A stretch of DNA of 40,832 nt from a virus (lineage: Duplodnaviria > Caudoviricetes): positions 1 to 40,832 of IMG/VR virus record IMGVR_UViG_3300034053_000015, one strand, 5' to 3'. The notes under the pieces were generated by a model. It did no database searches, was not told where the DNA came from, and saw only the letters and a list, made by a program, of their open reading frames with translations. Positions 16,414-26,756 of this stretch are shown here, one piece after another. Position numbers and translations under genes: made by a program. The stretch's first letter is position 1. The number at the start of each line of letters is the position of its first letter.

Positions 16414-18132
16414 TTAAGCGTATGTTGTATAGATCGGCACATAACCAATCAACGCATTTGCTGCTGAATAAATCGGCACAACCCCCTTAACCGTGGCTAC
16501 AGACGTTGCAGAATTACGCCCATCAGTTGCAATAAATCCGTCATTCCGAATCGCAAAGAGTACAGCATCGGCTTGACTCTTAACCTTCATTACCCTAGTC
16601 GAAGCAGTAGCTGAATTTCGCTGCTTCAGCGTGACAGCTTCATCGTCATACCCAACCTCTGCTCCGAAGGTGTCCAGACCGTCTGTGTAAGCGAAACTTA
16701 CTTTGTCGCGCAATATGATTTTGTCCAATACCTGCCCACTGCCATACAGAATAGCGTTGTCTCTCGATGGCAAATAGTGCGCTGTATCTCCAGCAGAAGC
16801 TGCGTTTTTCACAACAAACACACAAGATGTTGATATCAATCCCCCGCTGTTGATTGCACCAAACTCTGAAACGCTGGCTGTACCTAGTAAGTCCATCTCA
16901 ATGCGAGAGAGCCACGTTGCTCCGGTTAAGCCACTGGAACCAGCCGTATTCCCACCGACATTTGCCTTATATGAGCAATCACCTTTATTGCCATAAATCT
17001 TTATTCTTGAGTTGTGGGCATAGGCGCAATACAAACCCTGAACATCGGCAGTGGTATCGGACGCCATCCACTTTGATCCTGTGTAACTAAGGATTCTATC
17101 CGCTTGTGTTTTTGATGTAATAACTTGGCAGTCAAGATCAACGCCATGTGCGCGAACTGGAACTAAGTCACGCATACAGTTGATTGCAGTGGCCTTAACC
17201 CTAACGCCCATGCTCCAGTTGGCAGAAATTGCTCCTGTAGCTTCGCCAGCGGATATTGTCACCGCCTCACGACAATCTTCCGCAACAACTTCCACATCGA
17301 CACTGGTTTTCTTGGTCGATGCTGCGACGAGATCCAGTGCCATATCAAAACCAGCCACACACCCCTTTGCAAAAATGTTCGTTGCTTTAAGTGTTCCGCA
17401 TTCAACCGTTTGACCTGCTATGGGAGTTTGGATCGATAACGCTTTTCCGCCGTCAATATATGTTGTTTTGTCCAAAAATGGCAGGTTCTCACACCAGATA
17501 TTATTGAAGGTAACATTGTCATAACCTCCAGTAACGGAGATTCCGTTAGAACCGGCAACACTTCCGCTTATTGTGCTAAGTAACTTCAGGTTGTTGAAGT
17601 GAATGTTTTTGGCACCGTTGATCTGAATAACATCTGCACCATTAACGGTGTCTGTCCTCAAAATAGTGCTTGGCCCATCCCCGTAAATGGTGATGTTGTT
17701 GCACTCAAGCAATGAGACGGGGATTGTTCCGTCCACCCTACCAAAAGGGAAATTATTCGCACTGGTGATTTTATAAGTGCCAGCAGGGATATACAGGTCA
17801 ACAGAATTGGCAAGGCAATGAGTCCATGCCGCAATCATCGCAGTTGAGCAATTTACAACTCCTGTTGGATCTGCTCCAAAATCCAATGCACTGACACTTT
17901 CACGCAGCTTTGCCTGAACAGTGGTAGCAACTGCTCCAGTGCCTGACTGTATGAATCCGCTCAATGCAGATCCACCAGAAGCCGCTAATGTGGCAGTCTT
18001 CATATTCAACGCATCTGCCACCTGGATGGCATCGAACTCAGCCCCAAGTTCAGTGCCTTTTACCAATTTCAGAGGGTCACCTTGGAGCAGTACATCTTTT
18101 GCGGCGAAGTCTGTGGCTTTTGTATACGACAT
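16414..18132 (-). CDS. Tailspike with pectate-lyase-like beta-helix (receptor binding/depolymerase)
   Basis: Head-binding MSYTKATDFAAKD...EFDAI; GAVATTVQAKLRESVS..DFGA..TG; LYIPAGTY; ITIYGDG. Confidence 0.85.
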   Translation of the reverse strand: MSYTKATDFAAKDVLLQGDPLKLVKGTELGAEFDAIQVADALNMKTATLAASGGSALSGFIQSGTGAVATTVQAKLRESVSALDFGADPTGVVNCSTAMIAAWTHCLANSVDLYIPAGTYKITSANNFPFGRVDGTIPVSLLECNNITIYGDGPSTILRTDTVNGADVIQINGAKNIHFNNLKLLSTISGSVAGSNGISVTGGYDNVTFNNIWCENLPFLDKTTYIDGGKALSIQTPIAGQTVECGTLKATNIFAKGCVAGFDMALDLVAASTKKTSVDVEVVAEDCREAVTISAGEATGAISANWSMGVRVKATAINCMRDLVPVRAHGVDLDCQVITSKTQADRILSYTGSKWMASDTTADVQGLYCAYAHNSRIKIYGNKGDCSYKANVGGNTAGSSGLTGATWLSRIEMDLLGTASVSEFGAINSGGLISTSCVFVVKNAASAGDTAHYLPSRDNAILYGSGQVLDKIILRDKVSFAYTDGLDTFGAEVGYDDEAVTLKQRNSATASTRVMKVKSQADAVLFAIRNDGFIATDGRNSATSVATVKGVVPIYSAANALIGYVPIYTTYA

Positions 18133-18141
18133 GATTGCTCC

Positions 18142-19686
18142 TTAAATGCGACCTTCTTTGGTGAATACGTCAAACTTTTGAATTGATATGGCGTAACCAG
18201 TTATCGGGATGGTGAATCCTATTTGTACGACTCTACCTGTACCAGAGCAATTTACTGATATACGGTTAATCCCCACCTGTGAATTGTAATATGCCTCGTT
18301 GTATTCTGAAATCCCGTACTCAGTAGACTCAGCAACATCTGCTGATATTTGCGTAAGGCCTTGATACTGATTTGGCGTGAAATCAAACCCCCATCGGAAA
18401 GTGATTGATTGATTTCTAGCCCCGATAACATCAGCGTATATCTTCTTCAATATCGAAATGGCTATTGGGTTGCCAAAGTCTATCCATGTCGAAAAGTATG
18501 AGGCAAGATACCCAACCGAATTGTCAGTATATCCAGCATATTCCCCGACATACCCCGGCTTACCTAAATAGAACTTACGGGAGTTTGTCTCATAGAAAGA
18601 CTTGCTTGTAATCCCCTGCCACGCTGTGACTCGATACGCCCCATCCTGCAACTTTGTTCGAGTATCAAAGCAGTAAGTGATCTGATTAGTAGGAAGCGTC
18701 AGTAAATAGAAGTGATTCGTCGCGCTATACCCAGACTTGATGTTAGCCGCAGTTTCATTGGTAACTTGCGCTCGCAGTGTGTCTTCTATGTTCTTGCTGA
18801 CAGAGAATAACGGGGCAGACTTCTCTTGAATTACTCGACGAAGTGACTGAACCCCCGCGTCAGACAGGAATATCACATCCTCTCCGATATTCTGCATGGA
18901 GTCCCTTGCGATACACCCTACACCAACAATAACATCTGAAAGTTCCATTGTGGCAGGATCAGTAGCTCCCTTATAGATAAGGATCTGCCACTTGCCAAAG
19001 ATGAACAGGAACTCGTTGTGAGCCGCCAACGCAACTACTTCATCTCCGCCACTAGGCCATACTTGCCGGAGGTCTAATGATCCTGCTGTCCCTCCAGTCC
19101 ATATGTGAGGAGTAAGCAGATCGCTAAACACGACAGTCTGCTTGTCAGTAGAAATATCTGCTGCCCATACTCGACCATAAGCAGAGATTGCCTCATTACA
19201 TTGATAGACGGTTCCAGCAGATCCAGATTTCTCACTCAGCCTCCGATAGGTGGTCGTGGATACTGCGGGGTCGTAGATAAGTGGGTCAAATCCACGTTGC
19301 CAGAACATCGCAATACCATTCAACTGGCAGAACTTCCAGTTATTCGCCGATATTGTTGGGGCTACTCCACCACCGCCATACGTCAGATTTGTCAGAGTTG
19401 AACTGGCGAGCTTGAACAACTTCCCATTACCTGCACACAGGACGGTAGAGGTTCCATCGTTCTGAACCAATTCACCGATACACTCGACATTCGCCGTACC
19501 AAGATCCGCACTGGTTGAATTAGCCGCAGTCCATCCCTTGCGACTGGCGATACGCCCATACTTGTCGATGACGCAGTTATTCGCCTCCAGACAGAAGTTA
19601 GGACTCATGTCGATCGGAGAGTCGGATAGATTCAATCCATAGAATCCTGGCGCCCCGACACTTAATGGCGTGATATTCTTTGCCAT
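18142..19686 (-). CDS. Tail nozzle/tubular protein B (P22 gp10-like beta-propeller)
   Basis: Size and position; GVGCIARDS..N.GED..FLSD.G. Confidence 0.8.
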   Translation of the reverse strand: MAKNITPLSVGAPGFYGLNLSDSPIDMSPNFCLEANNCVIDKYGRIASRKGWTAANSTSADLGTANVECIGELVQNDGTSTVLCAGNGKLFKLASSTLTNLTYGGGGVAPTISANNWKFCQLNGIAMFWQRGFDPLIYDPAVSTTTYRRLSEKSGSAGTVYQCNEAISAYGRVWAADISTDKQTVVFSDLLTPHIWTGGTAGSLDLRQVWPSGGDEVVALAAHNEFLFIFGKWQILIYKGATDPATMELSDVIVGVGCIARDSMQNIGEDVIFLSDAGVQSLRRVIQEKSAPLFSVSKNIEDTLRAQVTNETAANIKSGYSATNHFYLLTLPTNQITYCFDTRTKLQDGAYRVTAWQGITSKSFYETNSRKFYLGKPGYVGEYAGYTDNSVGYLASYFSTWIDFGNPIAISILKKIYADVIGARNQSITFRWGFDFTPNQYQGLTQISADVAESTEYGISEYNEAYYNSQVGINRISVNCSGTGRVVQIGFTIPITGYAISIQKFDVFTKEGRI

Positions 19687-20333
19687 CAGCAAACCACCCA
19701 CTGAGTGTTTTCATCCTGACGATGTGCTTCTAGAGCGATATGGTCAGACAGGGAAGATTTGTACAACCCATACGCCTCGCTGGAATTCAATCCACCATCT
19801 TCACCACGCTCTACCAAAGCCCTAGCGTAAGCACCGAGGATGACTGGCTCCGAGGGAACTAGGATTACATCCCCATCAGAGGCCAACTCCACCTGCGGGA
19901 CGATCAGATTCACCTTGACGGTGTAAGCCGCGTCCGGGGTAGGGAAGAAGGTCATCTTGCTATCCGTACCGTCGAAACCATCCCATGCGTAATACACGGG
20001 GGATCCAGTCTGTACGTTAGATAACTGTTGCTGATCCTCAATCCACTTGGCAGGTACATTGTGAACCCGAGCCTGACTGGAGGTGTCATTTACCGTGACA
20101 TCCTTCTGCCTACGTCCTGAACCAGTTACAACGTAATTACTCGTACCTTGAACCAGACTTAGCGTGATGGTCGTGGAGAGACAATCCCAGTTCCATGAAT
20201 CCTCTACGGCTCGCTTGGAATCATTCACAAACTTCCCGATTAGGGAGCTGTAATCATTGGTGGTTACCGTGGCTACGGAGGACTCACGCAGACGGGCTAG
20301 GACGGAATTTACAAGTGAAAGATAGGTAGCCAT
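19686..20333 (-). CDS. Head-tail adaptor/tubular protein A
   Basis: TYLSLVN.VL.RLRE..VND.K..VE..WNW; FFPTPD..Y. Confidence 0.8.
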   Translation of the reverse strand: MATYLSLVNSVLARLRESSVATVTTNDYSSLIGKFVNDSKRAVEDSWNWDCLSTTITLSLVQGTSNYVVTGSGRRQKDVTVNDTSSQARVHNVPAKWIEDQQQLSNVQTGSPVYYAWDGFDGTDSKMTFFPTPDAAYTVKVNLIVPQVELASDGDVILVPSEPVILGAYARALVERGEDGGLNSSEAYGLYKSSLSDHIALEAHRQDENTQWVVC

Positions 20334-22331
20334 TTATTCTCCTGACAACATTCCGGTAACGCCAGATATAACCGGAGCAGACAATTTGCTCTGCGTCATG
20401 TATTGCAGCACTAGGTTCTTCTGGTCAGCCGGTAGTGTATCCAATAATGCCAGCGCTTTCTTTGGGTCAGTCCGTATGCCACCAAGCACTGTCAGCGCCT
20501 TTTGGTTAAGCCTACCTTCAATCTCTTGCAATGTAGCGTTAGCCAATACAGCAGAACGATTCAGGATAGGTGGCAACCTGAACGATGAAGTATTTTGCGA
20601 CAAAGTATTCTTAAGAACTTCCTGCGCTTCTTTAGACCCTCCGCGCTTCGCAATCTCCATATCACGCGCATATTGCCTAGCAACATCACGGATAAGCATA
20701 CCCTCCTGCCCCATTTCACGCTCAAATGTTCCTGCTGATGGGCCGAATACCTTTGCAACTTTTTTGGGTGCGTTGCCTTCAGCAAGTTTTATAAGATTTT
20801 TTGGCGTCATCTCCAATGCCATCTGTCCCATCTTCGCACGATCAATCTGGTTCATGCCAAGAGAGAAGCGGTTAAGGTACGACTTCCACCCTGTGCCACC
20901 TGCTGTTTCAATGGCATCGTCAATCGCATCTTTCAGGGTGGGCAATACATTCTTGGCAAGGTTCTTCTTCAGCCCACTAGGATCTTCAACGCCTTTAGTG
21001 ATTCGATCAATGACATTATTCAAACCTTCCTTGCGAAGCGTATGAAGGTCAAACGCATCCAACTTACCACCTGCCATCTTGGAGTAATCTATCAATTCCT
21101 GCCGCACAGCTTGCAGGTATTCTTGATTCAATGACCCACGTTGCCCAGGTGTTGAGAGGATCCTGTCAATCTTCTTAATGATCGGGTCGATGGTTAGCGG
21201 CTTTAAGCCATTTGCTTGCAACGAACCTAACTTATCCTCAATCGTCTTTGCAGCAGCAGCATACAATTCACTTTGCCCTGTATCTACCTTTACGTCCTGC
21301 GGGAATCCGCCAGTAGTCGTTTTCTGGCTGTGTGGGTAAAGAGCATTCCCCTTATACAAAGCAGCAGTCGGAAGATCCCTTGCGGCTTGTTGATTATAGA
21401 TATTTGCAGCAGTAAGGTTAGCCACGCGATCAGGGTTCAATTGCTGATTCAACGCTTGCCCCATACGCTTCTGTGCTGCTAGTGAGGCCTCTTGCGTCGT
21501 TCCTCCGGCAACCCGACCAAGTTGCGCTTGCTGCGCTGCTGTCTGTGCTTCTGCTAATTGTCTTGCTGCATCTGGAGCATTCGGTGCATAACCCTTAGCG
21601 CGCTCAAGCAAAGCCAACGCTTGATCTGGAGCATCCTTATAGATTATCTGTGCTATATCTCGCTGAGCACCACCAGCAGTTAAGTCGGCATTCTCCAAAG
21701 ACCTTCTGACAGCAGATTCGCGGTTCCCAAGTGCAGCTTTAATTATCTTGGATGCTTCCATAGTGGGACGATTACCCCCCATCCAATCTGCTGCTCCACC
21801 TGCAACTCTGCCTATCCCTGGTATTGCAGCACCTACCACACCACCTGCAATAGTTTGCGCTCCAATATCTTCTTGCCCACTCAGCGCGGCGATATTTGCA
21901 CCACCTGCCGCACCACCAATCATCCCCTTACCAATTGCACCAATTCTAGGCAATTGCTGTGCTGCCTTGAATGCACCACCACCAACCGCCATAGCAGCAG
22001 GATCTGCAATCTGCCCCCCAAGATACGACCAAGACTCCTTATCAACCGGTATGCCACGAGCAATGGAGGTATCAATGGCATCACCGTACCCTAATCTACG
22101 GCTGACCATATTTACCGCGCCAGCAGGCAATGATGCGGCTCCAGCCATGAAGTCAGCAATCCCACCCATTACTCCACGATCATCCTTCTTCTTTGTGGTT
22201 GTAGAGGTCGGCGCTGGTGGGGCGGCGTCACCTGCAATAGATTGCAATCCAACATCTGACACTCGACTCATGTCACCAGATGCAATCGCCTCAAGATCCT
22301 GATCTGACAGTTTGGACAAATCAAGCGCCAT
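20334..22331 (-). CDS. DNA ejection/internal virion protein
   Basis: 665 aa, Gly/Ala-rich hydrophobic N-half, helical C-half; podoviral position. Confidence 0.7.
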   Translation of the reverse strand: MALDLSKLSDQDLEAIASGDMSRVSDVGLQSIAGDAAPPAPTSTTTKKKDDRGVMGGIADFMAGAASLPAGAVNMVSRRLGYGDAIDTSIARGIPVDKESWSYLGGQIADPAAMAVGGGAFKAAQQLPRIGAIGKGMIGGAAGGANIAALSGQEDIGAQTIAGGVVGAAIPGIGRVAGGAADWMGGNRPTMEASKIIKAALGNRESAVRRSLENADLTAGGAQRDIAQIIYKDAPDQALALLERAKGYAPNAPDAARQLAEAQTAAQQAQLGRVAGGTTQEASLAAQKRMGQALNQQLNPDRVANLTAANIYNQQAARDLPTAALYKGNALYPHSQKTTTGGFPQDVKVDTGQSELYAAAAKTIEDKLGSLQANGLKPLTIDPIIKKIDRILSTPGQRGSLNQEYLQAVRQELIDYSKMAGGKLDAFDLHTLRKEGLNNVIDRITKGVEDPSGLKKNLAKNVLPTLKDAIDDAIETAGGTGWKSYLNRFSLGMNQIDRAKMGQMALEMTPKNLIKLAEGNAPKKVAKVFGPSAGTFEREMGQEGMLIRDVARQYARDMEIAKRGGSKEAQEVLKNTLSQNTSSFRLPPILNRSAVLANATLQEIEGRLNQKALTVLGGIRTDPKKALALLDTLPADQKNLVLQYMTQSKLSAPVISGVTGMLSGE

Positions 22332-23530
22332 TATTTTGCCCCTTTACGCCGCTCTATTTCAGCCCTTGCTGCTGCTGCCAAATCGCCACCACCAGTTTGA
22401 GTTGGTTTTGGTGCAGACATGTATCGCTGCTCAATAGAATCCAAGGCGCGGCGATTCGATTCGACATCAAGCGTTGGGTCTGTGGCAGTAGAAAGCCACA
22501 ATTTCAATTCAGCATTAGAGTCAATCTGCTTTGCAGACATCCCAGTTGCCTTCATTAGAGCCGCTAGAAGTGCAGGGCGAGTCATGGCAATATCGTTTCT
22601 TGCACTTTGATTCTTCGATCCAACTGCTTTACCTGCTAACTGCCCTATTGGAGATGCGGATATTGAAGCGCCAACATTGCTCATTATTGGAGCATTGGTG
22701 CTAGTTATTCCGCCACCTTCTTCAAGCCTGTTATATGCGTCACGTAATGTTGCGATAGCGGAGTCCAACCCACCCTTACCTGCTGCTTTTGCCTCATCAG
22801 CGGCTTGCGCCTTCAAATCGGCAGGGCCACCGGGAATGCGCTCCAAGTCGCCATTTGCAGTCCAACGATATCCAGCAGGAGGCTTGTTCCCAGCAGCGGT
22901 TTGGCTTTCTTTCATGCTCAACCCAAGCCTACGGGTTTCATCAGCCATCTGCCCCAACATTGAAGTAACCTGTAATTGCTGACGACGTATCTCTTCATTC
23001 GCTTGGTTAGCCCTTTTGCGCTCTTCAAGAGTTGCATCAGCACTGCGGATGACTGCGTTATTCTTATCGACTTGTGCCTGTAGCTGGTCGCGCTTCAACT
23101 CCAGCATCTGCTGCTCTTGGAAATCTTGCTTGCGCTCATTCAATGCGGTTTTCCTAGCCTCCATCCCCTGCTTAAGTGCTTCATTCTCCATCTTCTTCGC
23201 GTACTCAACCAGTCCGAAAGCAGTTTTCATATCACCCATCTGCCGGAAGCGATCTGCCGTAGCTCGGATGTCAGCCGGAGTATCCAACTTGGCTCCACCG
23301 AGTGCCTGCTGACGTTGCTGTGCTTGGGCTACGCGAGGATCCACAACCCCCATTGCACTATTCAGCATCCCGCTAAGTCCAGAACCAACATTCGCCGCTC
23401 CATACCCGGCAAGAACCTGCGGCCCCATCTGAGCAATCTTGAAGTTACGCCCATCCTGTTCAGAGGCAATACTCTGAGCCAATTCCTCCGGCGAGGGGCC
23501 AAACAATCCGGAAAGTATGCTTTGTGCCAT
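22331..23530 (-). CDS. DNA ejection protein
   Basis: GLFG.SPE N-terminus, coiled coil, PPAGYRW..G.LE.IPGGPAD motif. Confidence 0.7.
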   Translation of the reverse strand: MAQSILSGLFGPSPEELAQSIASEQDGRNFKIAQMGPQVLAGYGAANVGSGLSGMLNSAMGVVDPRVAQAQQRQQALGGAKLDTPADIRATADRFRQMGDMKTAFGLVEYAKKMENEALKQGMEARKTALNERKQDFQEQQMLELKRDQLQAQVDKNNAVIRSADATLEERKRANQANEEIRRQQLQVTSMLGQMADETRRLGLSMKESQTAAGNKPPAGYRWTANGDLERIPGGPADLKAQAADEAKAAGKGGLDSAIATLRDAYNRLEEGGGITSTNAPIMSNVGASISASPIGQLAGKAVGSKNQSARNDIAMTRPALLAALMKATGMSAKQIDSNAELKLWLSTATDPTLDVESNRRALDSIEQRYMSAPKPTQTGGGDLAAAARAEIERRKGAK

Positions 23531-23539
23531 GTCTATTCC

Positions 23540-25396
23540 TTACCAATTCCAAATAGAATTGTTTGGCTGGCCTACGCCAAAGTTGTACTGATTTGCATCA
23601 TTGCCCGTCCCATACGTTCCAGCAGGTACATAGGGATTTTGCGTAGTTGCTTGAGTTCCGCCAAACAGCCCGGCCAATTGCTGAAGCCTATTGCTGGCCG
23701 CTTGATCTGCGCCGAATCCAATCAACCCTTTCGCCCATGGATTCACCTGAGCATCCTGCTGCGCACTCAATCCCATCCGACCGGCATTCGCCCCTGACGT
23801 GGAAACTTGAGCGCCTAGCGAAGTCCCAAGATCCATAGCGCCCTGCCCCATCCCCTCAAGATACTGTGCGGAACCTAGTGCAGTCTGCAATGGCTTGTTG
23901 GCCTGACTCATCAATCCCAATCCAAAGTTGGCGTAATCCATCCCGCCTTGGGTTGATTGTGCAGCCAATCGTAGATTCTCCTGCTGAATGGCATTCTGGT
24001 ACGCCGCCATCTCAGGGTTGGTTGCCATCGTAGTCGATGTTCCGCCTGTGGATAATCCCAACCTACCCTGTTGAGCCAGTTTGTTCTGGATCTGTGAAAG
24101 CCCGGCCTCACGCGCAGGATTTACAAGGGCCAACTGCTCCTGCATGTACTTCTGCGCTTGCTGCTGTGGCGTTGTGGCAAGGTATCCGCGACCTAATGCA
24201 GTGGTCTGCTCATACTGATCCTGAAGGCCAGGAAGCATACCCATCTGACGATCTTGGATAGCCTTCAAGGAGGGATCAAGCGTGTAGCCAGCAGAGGTCA
24301 ATCGTCCATTTGCGTCATAGCCAAAGTTTGAAGAACCGAATCGAGTGGTCACACCGACAGGCTTAAACTTTGCCGCTTCAGCCGCCTCGCGTGCCAATGC
24401 AGCGTTTTGATCTGCAATATCCTTGTTAGTCTCATTCTGGAGATAAGTACCAAGGAGATTTGCCCCAGTACCGAGTAACTGCCCACCTGTTAGCCCGGTA
24501 GCGCCGGTAATTGCACCGAGAAGGCCGGATCCTGCGCCTGCAGCAGCACCCGTCGCAGCCGCAGTTCCAGCCGCAGTACCGGCAGCATTGGCAGCAGCAT
24601 TTGCACCGAATATGCCGCCAAGACTTCCAGTAGCAGGTGCGGCAGCCATTCCACCCAACATTCCAGTACCACCAGCAGCAACATAAGCGGTATTTGCGGC
24701 ATTCACAGCAGCAGCACCACCGGAAACTCCACCGGCAGCTTCAAACGCAGCGGCAGCAGCGGCATCGGCAGAAAGCCCACTAGCTCCAGCCCCCATAGCA
24801 GCGTCCATAGCGGCGATTTCAGCGGCATACCCGGCACCTAATGCGCCAGCAGCAGCATTCATCCCAAGCGCCATGGGAAGGACTTGAGTTACGCCGCGAA
24901 CTGCCGCATCCTTGAACATTCCGCCCCAAGAATCATCAGAATTCTGTGCAATTTGCTGATAATTCCCTACGCTTCCGAAGTCTTTAATGTCTTGAATTTC
25001 GCCGGATGGACTAATGGTTACGGCCTTGCCATCAGGCGTCATTGTTACAAGCGGTTGAGGATTGTTTAACCGATACTCTTCAGATCCAACAGTACTCTGC
25101 CCATTAGCATCAACTAACCCCCATTGCCCCGCAAGAGGATTGGATGCGAATATGGACTTCATCTGATCTGCGGTTAGCGTTTTCCCCACCTCAAGCATTC
25201 CAGATTGTGAATCAGGCTGTGGAGTAGTCACCCCAGACGGCCTACCTTCATTCCGGCCATAGAGGTTGTAATGCTTCTCAGCCCATCCAGCCAATCCTAT
25301 CCTTCGGTCATTGGGGTCAATATACGCATCACCACCTTGATTCCATGCCCATAACAGGTCAGGGTTAGCTTCTAAATATGCGTTCGCATCAAACAT
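23540..25396 (-). CDS. DNA ejection/pilot protein
   Basis: Ala/Gly-rich centre; AAKFKPVGVTTRFGSS.F; L.QQGRLGL. Confidence 0.7.
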   Translation of the reverse strand: MFDANAYLEANPDLLWAWNQGGDAYIDPNDRRIGLAGWAEKHYNLYGRNEGRPSGVTTPQPDSQSGMLEVGKTLTADQMKSIFASNPLAGQWGLVDANGQSTVGSEEYRLNNPQPLVTMTPDGKAVTISPSGEIQDIKDFGSVGNYQQIAQNSDDSWGGMFKDAAVRGVTQVLPMALGMNAAAGALGAGYAAEIAAMDAAMGAGASGLSADAAAAAAFEAAGGVSGGAAAVNAANTAYVAAGGTGMLGGMAAAPATGSLGGIFGANAAANAAGTAAGTAAATGAAAGAGSGLLGAITGATGLTGGQLLGTGANLLGTYLQNETNKDIADQNAALAREAAEAAKFKPVGVTTRFGSSNFGYDANGRLTSAGYTLDPSLKAIQDRQMGMLPGLQDQYEQTTALGRGYLATTPQQQAQKYMQEQLALVNPAREAGLSQIQNKLAQQGRLGLSTGGTSTTMATNPEMAAYQNAIQQENLRLAAQSTQGGMDYANFGLGLMSQANKPLQTALGSAQYLEGMGQGAMDLGTSLGAQVSTSGANAGRMGLSAQQDAQVNPWAKGLIGFGADQAASNRLQQLAGLFGGTQATTQNPYVPAGTYGTGNDANQYNFGVGQPNNSIWNW

Positions 25397-25399
25397 AAC

Positions 25400-25594
25400 T
25401 TACCCCTTACGTGGACGACCACGTTTAGGCACGACCATGATAGGTTGCGCCTGTTTCTCTGGTTCTTTGGGAATCGGGGTCATCTCAGGAGTCATCTCAA
25501 TATAACCTTCATGATTTCTCATCCCGGCTATGTCACCTTCTAGCGTGAAGGTAACGAAGTTCCCCGACCTGCGGCATTTGAACACTGTTGGCAT
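25400..25594 (-). CDS. Small protein with AT-hook-like C-terminus
   Basis: KRGRPRK end; SD GAGG. Confidence 0.7.
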   Translation of the reverse strand: MPTVFKCRRSGNFVTFTLEGDIAGMRNHEGYIEMTPEMTPIPKEPEKQAQPIMVVPKRGRPRKG

Positions 25595-25610
25595 GTTATG
25601 TCAAATCCTC

Positions 25611-25643
25611 AAAAAGAAAACCCCCGCTTTTTAGGGCGAGGGT
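25611..25643 (-). terminator. Rho-independent terminator after the capsid operon
   Basis: ACCCUCGC/GCGGGGGU stem then UUUCUUUUU. Confidence 0.8.
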
Positions 25644-25662
25644 CGTATTGCTTACAACTTGC

Positions 25663-25986
25663 TTACCAATTCGGGCGACCGACCCAGAAACGGCAGGTGG
25701 TCGATGCGAGGTCGACTGCGCCAGCGGTATTGTTCAGTAGAGTAAGCGTAACCGTATTGGCTGTCGTAACAGCGCCACCGATTACCGCATCCACCGTATC
25801 AACTCCCACCGCGATACCACCAACCACATCACCGAGCGCAACGCCGGGGACGGTAATGTCCACCGAGGCGAAAGTGCCAGATCCGGTAGCTGCGTCACCA
25901 AAATTACACGCATCATCCTTCACCAGCCACATTTCGTTGAACATGCCCTGCAACTGCTGCTTCGACTGCGTAACTGTAACTGCCAT
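25663..25986 (-). CDS. Capsid decoration/cement-like protein
   Basis: ITVPGVALGDVV...ANTVT..N.T.GAVDLAS; downstream of the capsid gene; SD AAAGGA. Confidence 0.7.
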   Translation of the reverse strand: MAVTVTQSKQQLQGMFNEMWLVKDDACNFGDAATGSGTFASVDITVPGVALGDVVGGIAVGVDTVDAVIGGAVTTANTVTLTLLNNTAGAVDLASTTCRFWVGRPNW

Positions 25987-25989
25987 GAT

Positions 25990-26697
25990 TTATCCTTTCA
26001 AGTATTGAATTGCGCGTTGAAGATTTTCGATACTATCTTGCATAAGACCAATTCCTTTGTTGCAGAAGGTGCATAAAAGACCTCGAACATGACCGTCTTT
26101 ATGGCAATGATCTACTACCAAACCAGACTTACCTTGCGGAGGCTTTTCATTACCACAAATCAAGCATCTGCCATTTTGCTCAGCGTACATCCTTTGGTAC
26201 TCAGCAAGCGATATCCCATACTTTGAAGTAAGCATCGTATTTCGATGACCTTCTGGATCTTGTGCATAACGAAGGCGATCTCTTTCACGTAACTTCTCAG
26301 CATGTTCAGCATTGGTCCTTAGCTTATCCCTATTCTCGGAGTTAATTCTATCCTTGTTTAAGTTTCGCCAGTGTCTTGCGTATTCATTCCGCTTTAACCT
26401 ATCCTCATCAGAAAGATTAGCGCGCTTTGCCCTTGCTCTTTCAACAGCCTTTTGAGCCGCAATAACTTTCTTAGATTCAGCAAGACTTGCTCTTAACTGC
26501 TTCCTAGCCTCTGCCTCATCTTTATGCGACTCTTGGTATTTCAGCCTGCGCTTTTCAACTTTTGCCTTATACCTAGAAACATACTCAGGATCGTTAGCCA
26601 TCCTATCAAGATGCCGCTGCTTTAGCTTCTCAGCGTTATCCTTACGATATTGGATAGCCCACAATCGCCTCGCTTCTTTATCCCAAACAATAGTCAT
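25990..26697 (-). CDS. Free-standing Endonuclease VII-family homing endonuclease
   Basis: KYGIS..Y..M..QNGRCLIC, VDHCH..G.VRGLLC..CN.GIG; charged helical N-terminus. Confidence 0.88.
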   Translation of the reverse strand: MTIVWDKEARRLWAIQYRKDNAEKLKQRHLDRMANDPEYVSRYKAKVEKRRLKYQESHKDEAEARKQLRASLAESKKVIAAQKAVERARAKRANLSDEDRLKRNEYARHWRNLNKDRINSENRDKLRTNAEHAEKLRERDRLRYAQDPEGHRNTMLTSKYGISLAEYQRMYAEQNGRCLICGNEKPPQGKSGLVVDHCHKDGHVRGLLCTFCNKGIGLMQDSIENLQRAIQYLKG

Positions 26698-26701
26698 TTG
26701 C

Positions 26702-26743
26702 TTCCCCTATATTGGTAACAATTACGGAACCAATATAGAGGAA
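26702..26743 (-). promoter_or_regulatory. 15-bp hairpin sequestering the EndoVII ribosome-binding site
   Basis: UUCCUCUAUAUUGGU/ACCAAUAUAGGGGAA with one U-G pair. Confidence 0.7.
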
Positions 26744-26756
26744 ACTTACGCTACGG

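Noticed and set aside
16414-18132. Diversity-generating retroelement target
   Set aside because: No reverse transcriptase or template/variable repeat pair seen
25990-26756. Group I intron interrupting the capsid gene
   Set aside because: The capsid gene ends with a normal C-terminus and stop; the flanks are too short for an intron core
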